Assembly: GCA_014799785.1 (NCBI GenBank)
Contig: JAAVHI010000051.1
Span: forward strand, 9,535-73,534
Source of the DNA: Ruminococcus sp.
GTDB lineage: Bacteria > Bacillota > Clostridia > Oscillospirales > Ruminococcaceae
Direction of reading: 5' to 3'
Length of the DNA: 64,000 nucleotides
Shown: one piece after another, positions 19,426-28,465 of the stretch
Layout: every line of letters starts with the position of its first letter
Position numbering within the stretch: position 1 is the stretch's first letter
Notes under the pieces: generated by a model
Database searches by the model: none
What the model was told of the DNA's origin: nothing
Seen by the model: only the letters and a program-made list of their open reading frames with translations
Program-made: the position numbers and the translations under genes

Positions 19426-20894
19426 GTACCGAAAAACGCGTTCTTGCCTTTGATTTCGGAGCGTCAAGCGGACGCGCCATGCTCGGAAAATTCGACGGCG
19501 AAAAAATCACCTTGGAGGAAATACACCGTTTTGAAAACAACCCTGTGAAAATCGGGAACACCCTTTACTGGGACATTTACCGCCTTTTTTACGAGGTGAA
19601 GCAGGGCATTTCCAAAGCGGCTCTTGCGGGTGGTTTTGACAGTATCGGCGTGGACACATGGGGCGTGGATTTCGGTCTGATAGGGGAGGACGGCACTATC
19701 ATCGAAGCCCCTGTTCACTACCGTGACGAGCGAAACGTTGGCATGGTTGACAAGGCTCTGACAATGTTTCCGAGGGAGCATTTTTACAAGATAACAGGCA
19801 ATCAGTTTATGGATATAAACACGGTTTTTCAGCTTTTGTCGCTGAAAACCAAACGTCCCCATATGCTGAAAAATGCGCGGACAATGCTTCTTATGCCCGA
19901 CCTTTTCAACTTTATGCTGACGGGCGAAAAAAAGACGGAGGTCTCCATCGCCTCCACAACGCAGATGATGAACGCCGTAAACAAAAAGTGGTCGGACACA
20001 GTTCTCGATATGCTGAAATTACCGAAAAATCTGCTGACGGAAATAGTTCCGTCGGGAACGGCCATAGGCAGTCTCAGGGAGGACATCTGCAAGGAACTGA
20101 ACGCTCCCGCCGCAAACGTTGTTGCGGTCTGCGGTCACGATACACAATGCGCTGTATGCGCCGTCCCCACCGAGGAAGAAGACTTTATTTTCATATCCTG
20201 CGGAACATGGTCTCTGTTCGGCACGGAGCTTTCCGAACCGCTTATAAATCCTGTTTCCGAAGCTTTGAACATAACCAACGAAACAGGCTACGGCGGCAAA
20301 ACGACTTTCCTGAAAAACATAATCGGGCTTTGGCTTATTCAGGAATCACGCCGCCAATTCAGGCGTGAGGGTACAGAGCTTTCCTATGCCGAGCTTGAAA
20401 AGCTTGCTCTTGCGGCTGAACCTTTCAAATGCTTTATCGACCCCGACGCGCCTGAATTCGTCCCAGAGGGAGACATTCCCGAAAGAGTGCGGGAGTTCTG
20501 CAAGAGGACGGGACAGTACGTTCCCCAAAGCGTGGGCGAGGTCATGCGGTGCATTTACGAGAGCCTTGCGTTAAAGTACCGTCAGGCTTTTGAGGAAATA
20601 AAAATCTGCACAGAAAAAAATTACCGCACAATAAATCTGATAGGCGGCGGGGCAAAGGACGGCTTGCTGTGCCAAATGACGGCGAACGCTACCGGCTGCG
20701 CCGTCACGGCAGGTCCTATCGAAGCCACGGCTTACGGAAACGTTGCCATTCAGCTTATTGCGGCGGGGGCAATTCCCGACATGGCGGAAGCGAGGAAAAT
20801 TATAGGTTTTTCGGACAGCGTGAAAACATTTGCGCCAGACAATGCCGAGGCTTGGGAGGAAGCGTATGAGAGGTACAGAGAATTTCAAAACTAA
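19422..20894 (+). CDS. FGGY-family sugar kinase (rhamnulokinase / L-fuculokinase-like)
   Basis: LAFDFGASSGR N-terminal motif, GVDTWGVDF, FGGY C-terminal GGGAKD. ATGA overlap with fucU. Confidence 0.8.
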   Translation: MSTEKRVLAFDFGASSGRAMLGKFDGEKITLEEIHRFENNPVKIGNTLYWDIYRLFYEVKQGISKAALAGGFDSIGVDTWGVDFGLIGEDGTIIEAPVHYRDERNVGMVDKALTMFPREHFYKITGNQFMDINTVFQLLSLKTKRPHMLKNARTMLLMPDLFNFMLTGEKKTEVSIASTTQMMNAVNKKWSDTVLDMLKLPKNLLTEIVPSGTAIGSLREDICKELNAPAANVVAVCGHDTQCAVCAVPTEEEDFIFISCGTWSLFGTELSEPLINPVSEALNITNETGYGGKTTFLKNIIGLWLIQESRRQFRREGTELSYAELEKLALAAEPFKCFIDPDAPEFVPEGDIPERVREFCKRTGQYVPQSVGEVMRCIYESLALKYRQAFEEIKICTEKNYRTINLIGGGAKDGLLCQMTANATGCAVTAGPIEATAYGNVAIQLIAAGAIPDMAEARKIIGFSDSVKTFAPDNAEAWEEAYERYREFQN

Positions 20895-20905
20895 GGGGGA
20901 ATTTG

Positions 20906-21578
20906 ATGTACAAATACCTATGCGTAATTTCCGACAATGCGGATAAAAAGGATTTTTACAATACCGTTGAGGACGTGAAAAACTGTTACCCCGACTGTTG
21001 CGACTCGCCCGAAGAAAATTCGGACAGGAGCTGTTTGCGGAGGATTATGACGGTTATCGAAAAAAATGTTAAAAAAACCGTTTGTATCCGGTATGATTTA
21101 TCGGACAGAAAAGTCTCGGTACTTTCGGATATTTATCTAAAAAAATTTTTTAAGGGAAAGAAAGTTGAAAATATTTCGGGATATTCTGACGATTTAAGTA
21201 AAGCTGCCGGCATAATATTAAGTATAATTTTTATTGTGCTGAATATTGCTGCCTCGCTGATATCATTTTTGTTTGAATTACAGCTTTTGCCTAATTTAAT
21301 AATCTCCGCCGTTCTTACAGTTATATATATAATTTCAGCTGTTATAATTGAAAACAAACGGGAAATTAGCGAATTTAAAATTTTATTTATACAATTCGGG
21401 GGGTTATATAACGGTTGTTATTTTTCTGCTTGCGATTTGTTTTGTTTTAATAGAACAAGGTTGGACAGCGATAGCTGTTACTATCTATGGCATATGGTTT
21501 CTAAAAACAGTGATCTCCGCACTGATAATAAGTTTAATTATACGGCTAATTATAAACATTGTAAAATTTAAAAGGTAA
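20906..21578 (+). pseudogene. AT-rich membrane protein gene split by a +1 frame change at a G6 run (21398..21403)
   Basis: Frame 2 gives a plausible protein up to ...ILFIQFGG, then nonsense. Frame 0 continues as YITVVIFLLAICFVLIEQGW...KFKR (TM helices). A G5 tract would fuse the two. Confidence 0.45.
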
Positions 21579-21643
21579 TAAGAGGGCAAGGCGAACAGCC
21601 TATACCCCTTACATATAAATTTCTAAAAAAGGAGAAGATAATC

Positions 21644-23413
21644 ATGAATCCAAAAATCGGTATCAGACCCGTAATTGACGGTCGTCAGTTCGGTATCAGG
21701 GAGTCCCTCGAAGTCCAGACAATGAACATGGCGAAAGCCGCAAAGGAGCTTATCGAGAAAAACTGCCGCTATGCTGACGGCACACCCTTGGAGTGCGTTA
21801 TTGCCCCCTGCACGATAGGCGGCGGCGCGGAAGCGTACAAGACCGAGGAATTTTTCAGCACTCAGAATGTGTGCGCAACTCTTTCCGTTACGCCCTGCTG
21901 GTGCTATGGCACGGAGACCATTGACATGAACCCGCTGACAATAAAGGCTGTTTGGGGATTTAATGGAACGGAGCGTCCAGGCGCGGTTTATCTTGCGGCG
22001 GCTATGGCGGCTCACGCGCAGAACGGTCTGCCCGCATTTGCCATTTACGGCAGAGACGTTAAGGACATGACGGACACTTCCATTCCCGAGGACGTTGCGG
22101 AAAAAATTCTCCGCTTTGCAAGGTGTGCCGCCGCTGTTGGACAGATAAGGAACAAGGCTTATGTTGGTCTCGGCGCGGTCGCAATGGGTATCGGCGGCTC
22201 TTACTGCAACGCCTTGTTTATGCAGAAATATCTTGGAGTACGTCCCGAATGGGTTGACATGACGGAAATCCTCCGCCGCGTTAAGCTGGAAATTTACGAC
22301 CACGACGAGTACGAAAAGGCTCTTGCGTGGACTAAGAAAAACTGTCCCGAGGGCATGGACGTGAACACCGAAATAAACCCCGGAAACAAGAGCGTTATGT
22401 CTCACGAGGAGCAGTGGGAATTCTGCGTAAAAATGATAATTATAATCCGCGACATTATGCTGGGCAACCCCAAGCTTGCGGAAATGGGCTGGCACGAGGA
22501 GTCCCGCGGCAGGAACGCGATATTCGGCGGCTTCCAAGGTCAGAGAATGTGGACGGACTGGCTTCCCAATGCGGATTTTTCGGAGAGTATCCTCAACTCA
22601 ACATTCGACTGGAACGGAAAAAAACAGCCTGTTCTGCTTGCAACGGAGAACGATGGTCTCAACGGCACGGCAATGCTTTTCGGAAATATGCTCACAGGCA
22701 GGGCTTCCGTATTTGCTGACGTGAGAACATATTGGAGTCCCGAAGCAGTGGAAAGAGTTACAGGCAAAAAGCCCGAGGGCAGGGCTAAGAATGGATTTAT
22801 TCACCTGATAAATTCGGGCGCGGCGGCTGTGGACGCAACTGGTCTTGCCAAAAACGAAAAGGGCGAAAACCTTATGAAGCAGTGGTGGGACGTTACCGAC
22901 GAGGACATTTCCGCAATGCTTGGCGCAACGGACTGGTGTCCCGCAAATCTCGGCTATTTCAGAGGCGGCGGATTTTCCTCACACTTCAAGACACAGGCGG
23001 AAATGCCCGTTACAATGATTCGTGTAAATATTGTTGACGGTGTTGGACCAGTTTTACAGCTTGCGGAGGGCTACACGGTCACTCTGCCCGACGAGATACA
23101 CAAGCCTCTTGACGAGCGCACCGACAAGACATGGCCTACCACATGGTTCGTCCCCGAGCTTACCGGCAAGGGAGCGTTTGCGGACGTTTACTCCGTTATG
23201 GCGAACTGGGGCGCAAACCACGGTTCTCTGACTTACGGACACATCGGCGCAGACCTTATCACGCTTGCTTCAATGCTGAGAATCCCTGTTTCCATGCACA
23301 ATGTCAGCGAGGAAAGAATTTACCGTCCCCACAGCTGGACGGGCTTCGGCACAGCTGACAAGGAGAGCGCGGACTACAGAGCCTGCGCGCACTACGGCGC
23401 TATTTATAAGTAA
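21644..23413 (+). CDS. fucI: L-fucose isomerase
   Basis: 589 aa. The N-terminus [14 protein letters not shown] and overall length are typical of FucI. Confidence 0.9.
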   Translation: MNPKIGIRPVIDGRQFGIRESLEVQTMNMAKAAKELIEKNCRYADGTPLECVIAPCTIGGGAEAYKTEEFFSTQNVCATLSVTPCWCYGTETIDMNPLTIKAVWGFNGTERPGAVYLAAAMAAHAQNGLPAFAIYGRDVKDMTDTSIPEDVAEKILRFARCAAAVGQIRNKAYVGLGAVAMGIGGSYCNALFMQKYLGVRPEWVDMTEILRRVKLEIYDHDEYEKALAWTKKNCPEGMDVNTEINPGNKSVMSHEEQWEFCVKMIIIIRDIMLGNPKLAEMGWHEESRGRNAIFGGFQGQRMWTDWLPNADFSESILNSTFDWNGKKQPVLLATENDGLNGTAMLFGNMLTGRASVFADVRTYWSPEAVERVTGKKPEGRAKNGFIHLINSGAAAVDATGLAKNEKGENLMKQWWDVTDEDISAMLGATDWCPANLGYFRGGGFSSHFKTQAEMPVTMIRVNIVDGVGPVLQLAEGYTVTLPDEIHKPLDERTDKTWPTTWFVPELTGKGAFADVYSVMANWGANHGSLTYGHIGADLITLASMLRIPVSMHNVSEERIYRPHSWTGFGTADKESADYRACAHYGAIYK

Positions 23414-23548
23414 TGCAAACTCTGTGAAGCTAATACAAACGCAGAGCGCAGAACCGCATATCGGCGGAACTGCGCTCTGCGCTTTTTTATGTATGTCCGC
23501 AAAAAAGAACGGCAAGCCCGTTAAGGCATAGCCGTTCTTGGAATAATT

Positions 23549-24730
23549 TTACTGCACTGCTTTTTTCAGCTCGTCAGCACGGTCTGTACGCTCCCATGCA
23601 ACGCCAAGCTCCTCGCGTCCCATGTGTCCGTAGGCGGCAAGCTTGCGGTACTGGGGCTTGCGAAGCTCCAGAGTTTCGATTATAGCCGCGGGACGCAGAT
23701 CGAATACCTTGTCCACAGCCTCGGCAAGCTTATCGTCGGAGACCTTGCCTGTACCGAAGGTGTCCACCATTATCGAAACAGGCTTTGCAACGCCTATCGC
23801 GTATGCAAGCTGAACCTCGCACTTGTCGGCAAGTCCCGCCGCAACAATGTTTTTCGCAACGTATCTTGCCGCGTATGCCGCGCTGCGGTCAACCTTTGTG
23901 GGGTCTTTTCCGCTGAACGCTCCGCCGCCGTGACGTGCGTATCCGCCGTATGTATCAACGATAATTTTACGTCCCGTAAGACCGCTGTCGCCCTGAGGAC
24001 CGCCGATAACGAAACGTCCTGTGGGGTTTACGAAGTACTTGGTATCGTCTGCAAGAAGCTCTGCGGGAATGGTGGGCTTGATGACCTTTTCGATAATGTC
24101 CGCGCGGATCTTTTCAAGCGACACCTCAGCCGCGTGCTGAGAGGAAACTACCACGGTCTCAACCTTTACGGGCTTGCCGTTCTCATACTCGACGGTGACC
24201 TGAGTTTTTCCGTCGGGACGAAGATATGGGAGCGCGCCTGTTTTACGCACTTCGGTAAGCTTTTTTGCCAGCTTGTGAGCAAGCGCGATAGGCAGCGGCA
24301 TAAGCTCGGGGGTCTCGTTGCAGGCGTAGCCGAACATCATACCCTGATCGCCCGCGCCGGTCATGAACTTGTCGGAATCCTCGCCCTCCTTGTGTTCCAG
24401 AGCCTCGTCAACGCCCATTGCGATGTCTGAGGACTGCTCGTCTATGGACTGCATAACGGCGCAGGTGTGACCGTCAAAGCCGTATTTTGCGCGGTCGTAT
24501 CCGATGTCGATAATGACCTGTCTTACGATCTTGGGGATATCCACATAGCAGCTTGTGGAAATTTCGCCCATGCACATAGCCATGCCCGTAGTAACGGTGG
24601 TCTCGCAGGCAACGCGTCCCATGGGGTCTTTGGCGAGGATAGCGTCGAGGATTGCGTCGGAAATCTGATCACATATTTTGTCGGGATGTCCCTCAGTAAC
24701 GGACTCGGAGGTAAACAGCATTTTGGACAT
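23549..24730 (-). CDS. metK: S-adenosylmethionine synthetase
   Basis: [32 protein letters not shown] and [16 protein letters not shown] motifs. ATG at 24730. Confidence 0.95.
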   Translation of the reverse strand: MSKMLFTSESVTEGHPDKICDQISDAILDAILAKDPMGRVACETTVTTGMAMCMGEISTSCYVDIPKIVRQVIIDIGYDRAKYGFDGHTCAVMQSIDEQSSDIAMGVDEALEHKEGEDSDKFMTGAGDQGMMFGYACNETPELMPLPIALAHKLAKKLTEVRKTGALPYLRPDGKTQVTVEYENGKPVKVETVVVSSQHAAEVSLEKIRADIIEKVIKPTIPAELLADDTKYFVNPTGRFVIGGPQGDSGLTGRKIIVDTYGGYARHGGGAFSGKDPTKVDRSAAYAARYVAKNIVAAGLADKCEVQLAYAIGVAKPVSIMVDTFGTGKVSDDKLAEAVDKVFDLRPAAIIETLELRKPQYRKLAAYGHMGREELGVAWERTDRADELKKAVQ

Positions 24731-24761
24731 AAAAATCACCTTTCCATCTTGAAATTTGCAT

Positions 24762-24801
24762 TTAAAACAAAAGCAGCGTTTGGAACTTCTCCAAGCGCTG
24801 C
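24762..24801 (-). terminator. riboswitch expression-platform terminator
   Basis: Minus strand reads GCAGCGCTTGGA-GAAGT-TCCAAACGCTGC followed by TTTTGTTTT. Confidence 0.6.
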
Positions 24802-24817
24802 GAAATTTTTACAAAAA

Positions 24818-24928
24818 ATTCCTCATCTCTCGGAAAACTCCGCAGGATTTAGCACCTTTCTCACATCACTGTAATTAGGTTGCCGGGCTTCACAGGACCA
24901 GTTCCTCAGCCGCTCTTGATAAGGCATA
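24818..24928 (-). promoter_or_regulatory. SAM-I (S-box) riboswitch
   Basis: Minus strand reads CTTATCAAGAGCGGCTGAGGAACTGGTCCTGTGAAGCCCGGCAACC...GGTGCTAAATCCTGC...GAGAGATGAGG, matching the S-box core. Sits directly upstream of metK. Confidence 0.85.
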
Positions 24929-24943
24929 TTTGATTGTAATTTT

Positions 24944-24972
24944 AGTATACCACTGTTTTCCCGTTTTGTCAA
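24944..24972 (-). promoter_or_regulatory. candidate promoter of the metK leader
   Basis: Minus strand: TTGACA, 17 nt, TATACT. Confidence 0.5.
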
Positions 24973-25159
24973 CAGGTTTTTACAAATTACTTTTGTCATT
25001 CAGTTTTTATCATAATGCTTTCAGACTTGCCGTAAGGCTTCAGGCATATTTGCGGTATTTTATTGAATTTTTCTATACTCTGCCCGCCAAAAATGCCGAT
25101 TCGGACACGGCTTGCGGCGTCCCATAAAATAACTTTTTTGAGAGACAGGGTATTGAATT

Positions 25160-25684
25160 TTATAGATATATCCAATATCTGCGCATGATGTGATGACCCT
25201 CGGCGTCGTTGTAGGACGGTATTTTATCCATTAACTCCCCACCAAGCTTTTCGCAGATATGAGCGGATACAGTGTTTTTATCATTGATAGTAAAAAGGAC
25301 TTTATCCATGCCGTGTTCCTTTGTGATAAGCAGGCTCTGCTTCAATATCTCTGTGCCGTATCCCTTTCCCTGCTCGGATACGCGTACCGCATATCCTATA
25401 CTGCCTATGTCCGACATTACTTTAGGCGGAAATTCAGTCCGCAGCTGAAATTCTCCTATAAATTTTTCGCCGTCAACAGCCCAGAAGTGAAAGCTTATTG
25501 GCTGACCCTGAATTTGTTCTGTCTCTTTTTTGTCATACCAATCTTTCGTTCTGTCAAACCATTCGTCGTCGATCAGCTTCGGGTTGGTCGGCAGGAAGTA
25601 TATAACATTGTTGTCGTATGATTCCTGACAGTACTCCCTGTATCCGCTGACATATTCGGGACAGCGTTTTATTAGCTTTAGCAC
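25160..25684 (-). CDS. GNAT-family N-acetyltransferase
   Basis: IGYAVRVSEQGKGYGTEILKQSL is an acetyl-CoA binding (motif A)-like segment. Confidence 0.7.
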   Translation of the reverse strand: MLKLIKRCPEYVSGYREYCQESYDNNVIYFLPTNPKLIDDEWFDRTKDWYDKKETEQIQGQPISFHFWAVDGEKFIGEFQLRTEFPPKVMSDIGSIGYAVRVSEQGKGYGTEILKQSLLITKEHGMDKVLFTINDKNTVSAHICEKLGGELMDKIPSYNDAEGHHIMRRYWIYL

Positions 25685-25769
25685 GGTAGTTTCCCTCCAA
25701 ATCTATTTAATGACGGTAAACAGCCGTTTGTCAAATAGTCAAAGCCGAATGATTTGTACCAGAAAAATA

Positions 25770-26462
25770 TTACAAATTCCAGATAATAATTACCGCCGCG
25801 CAGGTCGCGATAACAAATCCTGCGATAACGTACACAAATGCGTACTTTTTCATGCGTCCGCCGCTTTCCGCGTTCGACGAGGAGCTTTCGGGGAGCAGAT
25901 GCGCCTTTCGCATAATATTCGACAGCGGCTTGTAGATAAGCATTGCAATACCGCTGTTCAGCGCGCCTTTCAGCAGATTGAACGGAAGAAACGCAGGAAG
26001 CAGCATACCTGCCACCACATCTCGGGGAGTACCCATGTAGATAGGCGTAACCAGATAATTCCAAGCCAGCATTATAAGCGTCATTAAAACCGTACCGCAT
26101 ACAAGACCGATTACCGCGCCCTTTATGGAGCGTATCCTTTTGTAAATAAGCGCAGCCGTACACGCAAATGCCGACGTCCCGATAAAATTCATCAGCGCAC
26201 CTATTGGACCCGTATCGCTTGTTGTGACCATTTCCACCAACGACACCACCGCCGACATCAGCAGAGAAGCGAGAGGTCCGTACATAAAGCCGCCTATGGC
26301 GATTATCACGTCCTTTGGCTCATATTTCAGAAACAGCACTACAGGTATCCTGAAAAAAAGCATGGCCATGTAGGCGAGAGCCGTCATTACCGCAAGGGTC
26401 ACCATTTTTTTCGTGTCCATACGGGATCGACCTTTGTTTTCGAGCGTTACAGATTTTTCCAT
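25770..26462 (-). CDS. ECF-transporter S component, riboflavin (RibU-like)
   Basis: Polytopic membrane protein. ATG at 26462 lies 8 nt after AAGGTGG. An FMN riboswitch lies directly upstream. Confidence 0.7.
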   Translation of the reverse strand: MEKSVTLENKGRSRMDTKKMVTLAVMTALAYMAMLFFRIPVVLFLKYEPKDVIIAIGGFMYGPLASLLMSAVVSLVEMVTTSDTGPIGALMNFIGTSAFACTAALIYKRIRSIKGAVIGLVCGTVLMTLIMLAWNYLVTPIYMGTPRDVVAGMLLPAFLPFNLLKGALNSGIAMLIYKPLSNIMRKAHLLPESSSSNAESGGRMKKYAFVYVIAGFVIATCAAVIIIWNL

Positions 26463-26513
26463 AACAAAAACCACCTTTTAATAAAATATTAATAAAGCAG
26501 TCTGCAACAGAAA

Positions 26514-26541
26514 ACGCCTGTGAAAAAACTTCCACAGGCGT
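26514..26541 (-). terminator. FMN riboswitch terminator hairpin
   Basis: Minus strand: ACGCCTGTGG-AAGTTTTTT-CACAGGCGT followed by TTTCTGTT. Confidence 0.55.
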
Positions 26542-26577
26542 ACTCGCGCGCATAAAACCAAAACTTGGCATCAGCGT

Positions 26578-26722
26578 TTGTTTCTTTCATCCGGACTATA
26601 CCGTCGGTTTCGGAATTACACCGAATCGGCAGCGTATTCTAAACGCTGCTCGCGGACTCAAAACTGCATCGGCAATTTTTTACCGCCGGTGAGGAATTGC
26701 ACCTCGCCCTGAAACAGATTGC
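26578..26722 (-). promoter_or_regulatory. FMN riboswitch (RFN element)
   Basis: Minus strand: CAGGGCGAGGTGCAATTCCTCACCGGCGGTAAAA...AGTCCGCGAGC...GATTCGGTGTAATTCCGAAACCGACGGTATAGTCCGGATGAAAG, matching conserved RFN blocks. Confidence 0.85.
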
Positions 26723-26744
26723 ATTTATTCGATTTTGCGGAGGC

Positions 26745-27188
26745 TTATTCCTCTTCGTCGCCGAAGTCGAATTCCAGAAGCTCGCCGCAGCCGGGACAGG
26801 TCATAGAACCCTCTTCCAGCATACCCTCGTTAAGGCAGATAGTATCTCCGCAGCTGGGACATACGACCTCGTAAAGCTCGTCGTCATCATCGTCCGCGCA
26901 GCCGCAGTCGCACTCGTCGTCATCGTAATCATCGAAGTCCTCGTCACCGCAGCAGCAGTCGTCGTCAACCTCGTAGAAATCGCGCTCGACCTCACCCAAG
27001 TCCTCGTCGATAGCGTCAACAACCTCTACGACCTCGTCGATCTGATCCTGCAAATCCTCAGCCGTAACGGCAATTTCTTCCAGAATATCGGCCATCGCCA
27101 GAATGACCTTGCCCTCCTTTGAGGAATCGTCGATCTCCAGACCCTCGATAAGCCCTTTAAGGAAAGCGACCTTTTCACCAAGCTTCAT
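26745..27188 (-). CDS. highly acidic protein with a Cys/Asp cluster and a C-terminal zinc ribbon
   Basis: DDDCCCGDEDFDDYDDDECDCGCADDDDDE, then CPSCG...CPGCG. The N-terminal helical part resembles the 'CD1247 N-terminal domain' family (from memory, unverified). Confidence 0.55.
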   Translation of the reverse strand: MKLGEKVAFLKGLIEGLEIDDSSKEGKVILAMADILEEIAVTAEDLQDQIDEVVEVVDAIDEDLGEVERDFYEVDDDCCCGDEDFDDYDDDECDCGCADDDDDELYEVVCPSCGDTICLNEGMLEEGSMTCPGCGELLEFDFGDEEE

Positions 27189-27282
27189 AGATGATCCTCC
27201 TTTTGCACGCCGTTGTTACGGCTGTTATTCTTATATACTGTTCATTCGGATAACATACCCGTACAGACAAATAGCATTTTTC

Positions 27283-27367
27283 TCGCCCCATTGAGGGGGC
27301 TTAGTATCGTTAAATACCACAAATATTTAACGATGGGGGTGACTCAGCCGACAGGGGCTCCCTGCGC
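27283..27367 (-). repeat. GC-clamped intercistronic repeat, copy 1
   Basis: Abuts the efp stop codon. Shares blocks GGGAGCCCC, GGCTG[A/T]GTCACCCCC and AAGCCCCCTCAA[T/G]GGGGCG (minus-strand reading) with 33944..34036. Confidence 0.6.
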
Positions 27368-27925
27368 TTATGCTCTTTCCATGTATTCGCCTGTTCTTGT
27401 GTCGATCCTGATAGTTTCGCCCTCGTTGATAAAGAGGGGTACTCTTACCTCCGCGCCCGTTTCGAGAGTAGCGGGCTTTGTAGCGTTTGTAGCGGTGTTT
27501 CCGGCAAAGCCGGGCTCTGTCTGGCTTACTACCAGATCAACAAAGTTGGGAGGCTCAACAGCGAAAACCTTGCCCTTGTAGGAGCAAACCTTGCAGATCA
27601 TCTCTTCCTTGACAAACTTGAAGTTGTCGGAAAGCTCCGCATTGCTGATGGGAACCTGCTCGTAGGTCTCGGGGTCCATAAAATAGTACAGGTCGCCGTC
27701 TGTGTAAGAATACTGCATATCCTTTCTCTCAACGAAAGCTGTAGGGAACTTCGCCGAAGGGTTGTAGCTCTTTTCAACAACGGAGCCGGTAATAACATTC
27801 TTGATCTTGGTTCTAACGAAAGCTGCGCCCTTGCCGGGTTTAACGTGCTGGAACTCAACAACCTGAAGCACGTTGCCGTCCTCTTCAAAGGTAACGCCGT
27901 TTCTGAAATCGCCTGCTGTAATCAT
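27368..27925 (-). CDS. efp: elongation factor P
   Basis: [14 protein letters not shown]...[17 protein letters not shown]. 185 aa. Confidence 0.95.
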   Translation of the reverse strand: MITAGDFRNGVTFEEDGNVLQVVEFQHVKPGKGAAFVRTKIKNVITGSVVEKSYNPSAKFPTAFVERKDMQYSYTDGDLYYFMDPETYEQVPISNAELSDNFKFVKEEMICKVCSYKGKVFAVEPPNFVDLVVSQTEPGFAGNTATNATKPATLETGAEVRVPLFINEGETIRIDTRTGEYMERA

Positions 27926-28141
27926 AATTTAACCATCCTTAAAAATTTTTTTGCGGAAAATACCGCATAAAAAGCTTACATATATTTTACTACATTTTTT
28001 TGAATATTGCAAGTGTTTTTCGCATTTTTTCCGTAAACACGGGAATATTTTTTCCGAAATGCGGGAAAAAATACCGTGCGGCGGGAAATTTAAAAGCGGA
28101 CAGCGCATTGCCGCCCGCTTTTTTAAGCGTTTTAATCAAGA

Positions 28142-28315
28142 TTAATACTTACGCTTACGAGCAGCTTCGGACTTTTTCTTACGTTTTACCGAAGGCTTCT
28201 CATAGTGTTCTCTTTTACGAACTTCCGCGATAACGCCGTCCTTTGCGCAGCTTCTCTTGAAGCGCTTGAGAGCGGTATCCAAAGATTCGTTTTTACCAAC
28301 ACGAATTTCTGCCAA
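28142..28315 (-). CDS. rpsU: 30S ribosomal protein S21 (57 aa, below the ORF-track cutoff)
   Basis: My translation: (TTG)[63 protein letters not shown] lies 7 nt upstream. Confidence 0.88.
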   Translation of the reverse strand: MAEIRVGKNESLDTALKRFKRSCAKDGVIAEVRKREHYEKPSVKRKKKSEAARKRKY

Positions 28316-28465
28316 TTTGATTCCCTCCCTTTGCCATAAGGCAGAGGCTCATATACAAGATAGAACTATTTTATTATACCTTATAGCGATACTGTTTGTC
28401 AAGCGTAATTCAAAAAAATATACACAAAAAATCCGCTTGTTTTTCGGACAACTTATATAAACCGC

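Noticed and set aside
27304-27334. Integron attC-like site. The hairpin arms contain GTTAAAT and ATTTAAC, which fit GTTRRRY and RYYYAAC
   Set aside because: The order is R' then R'' on both strands, the wrong orientation for attC. There is no integrase nearby, and the motif is missing from the second repeat copy.
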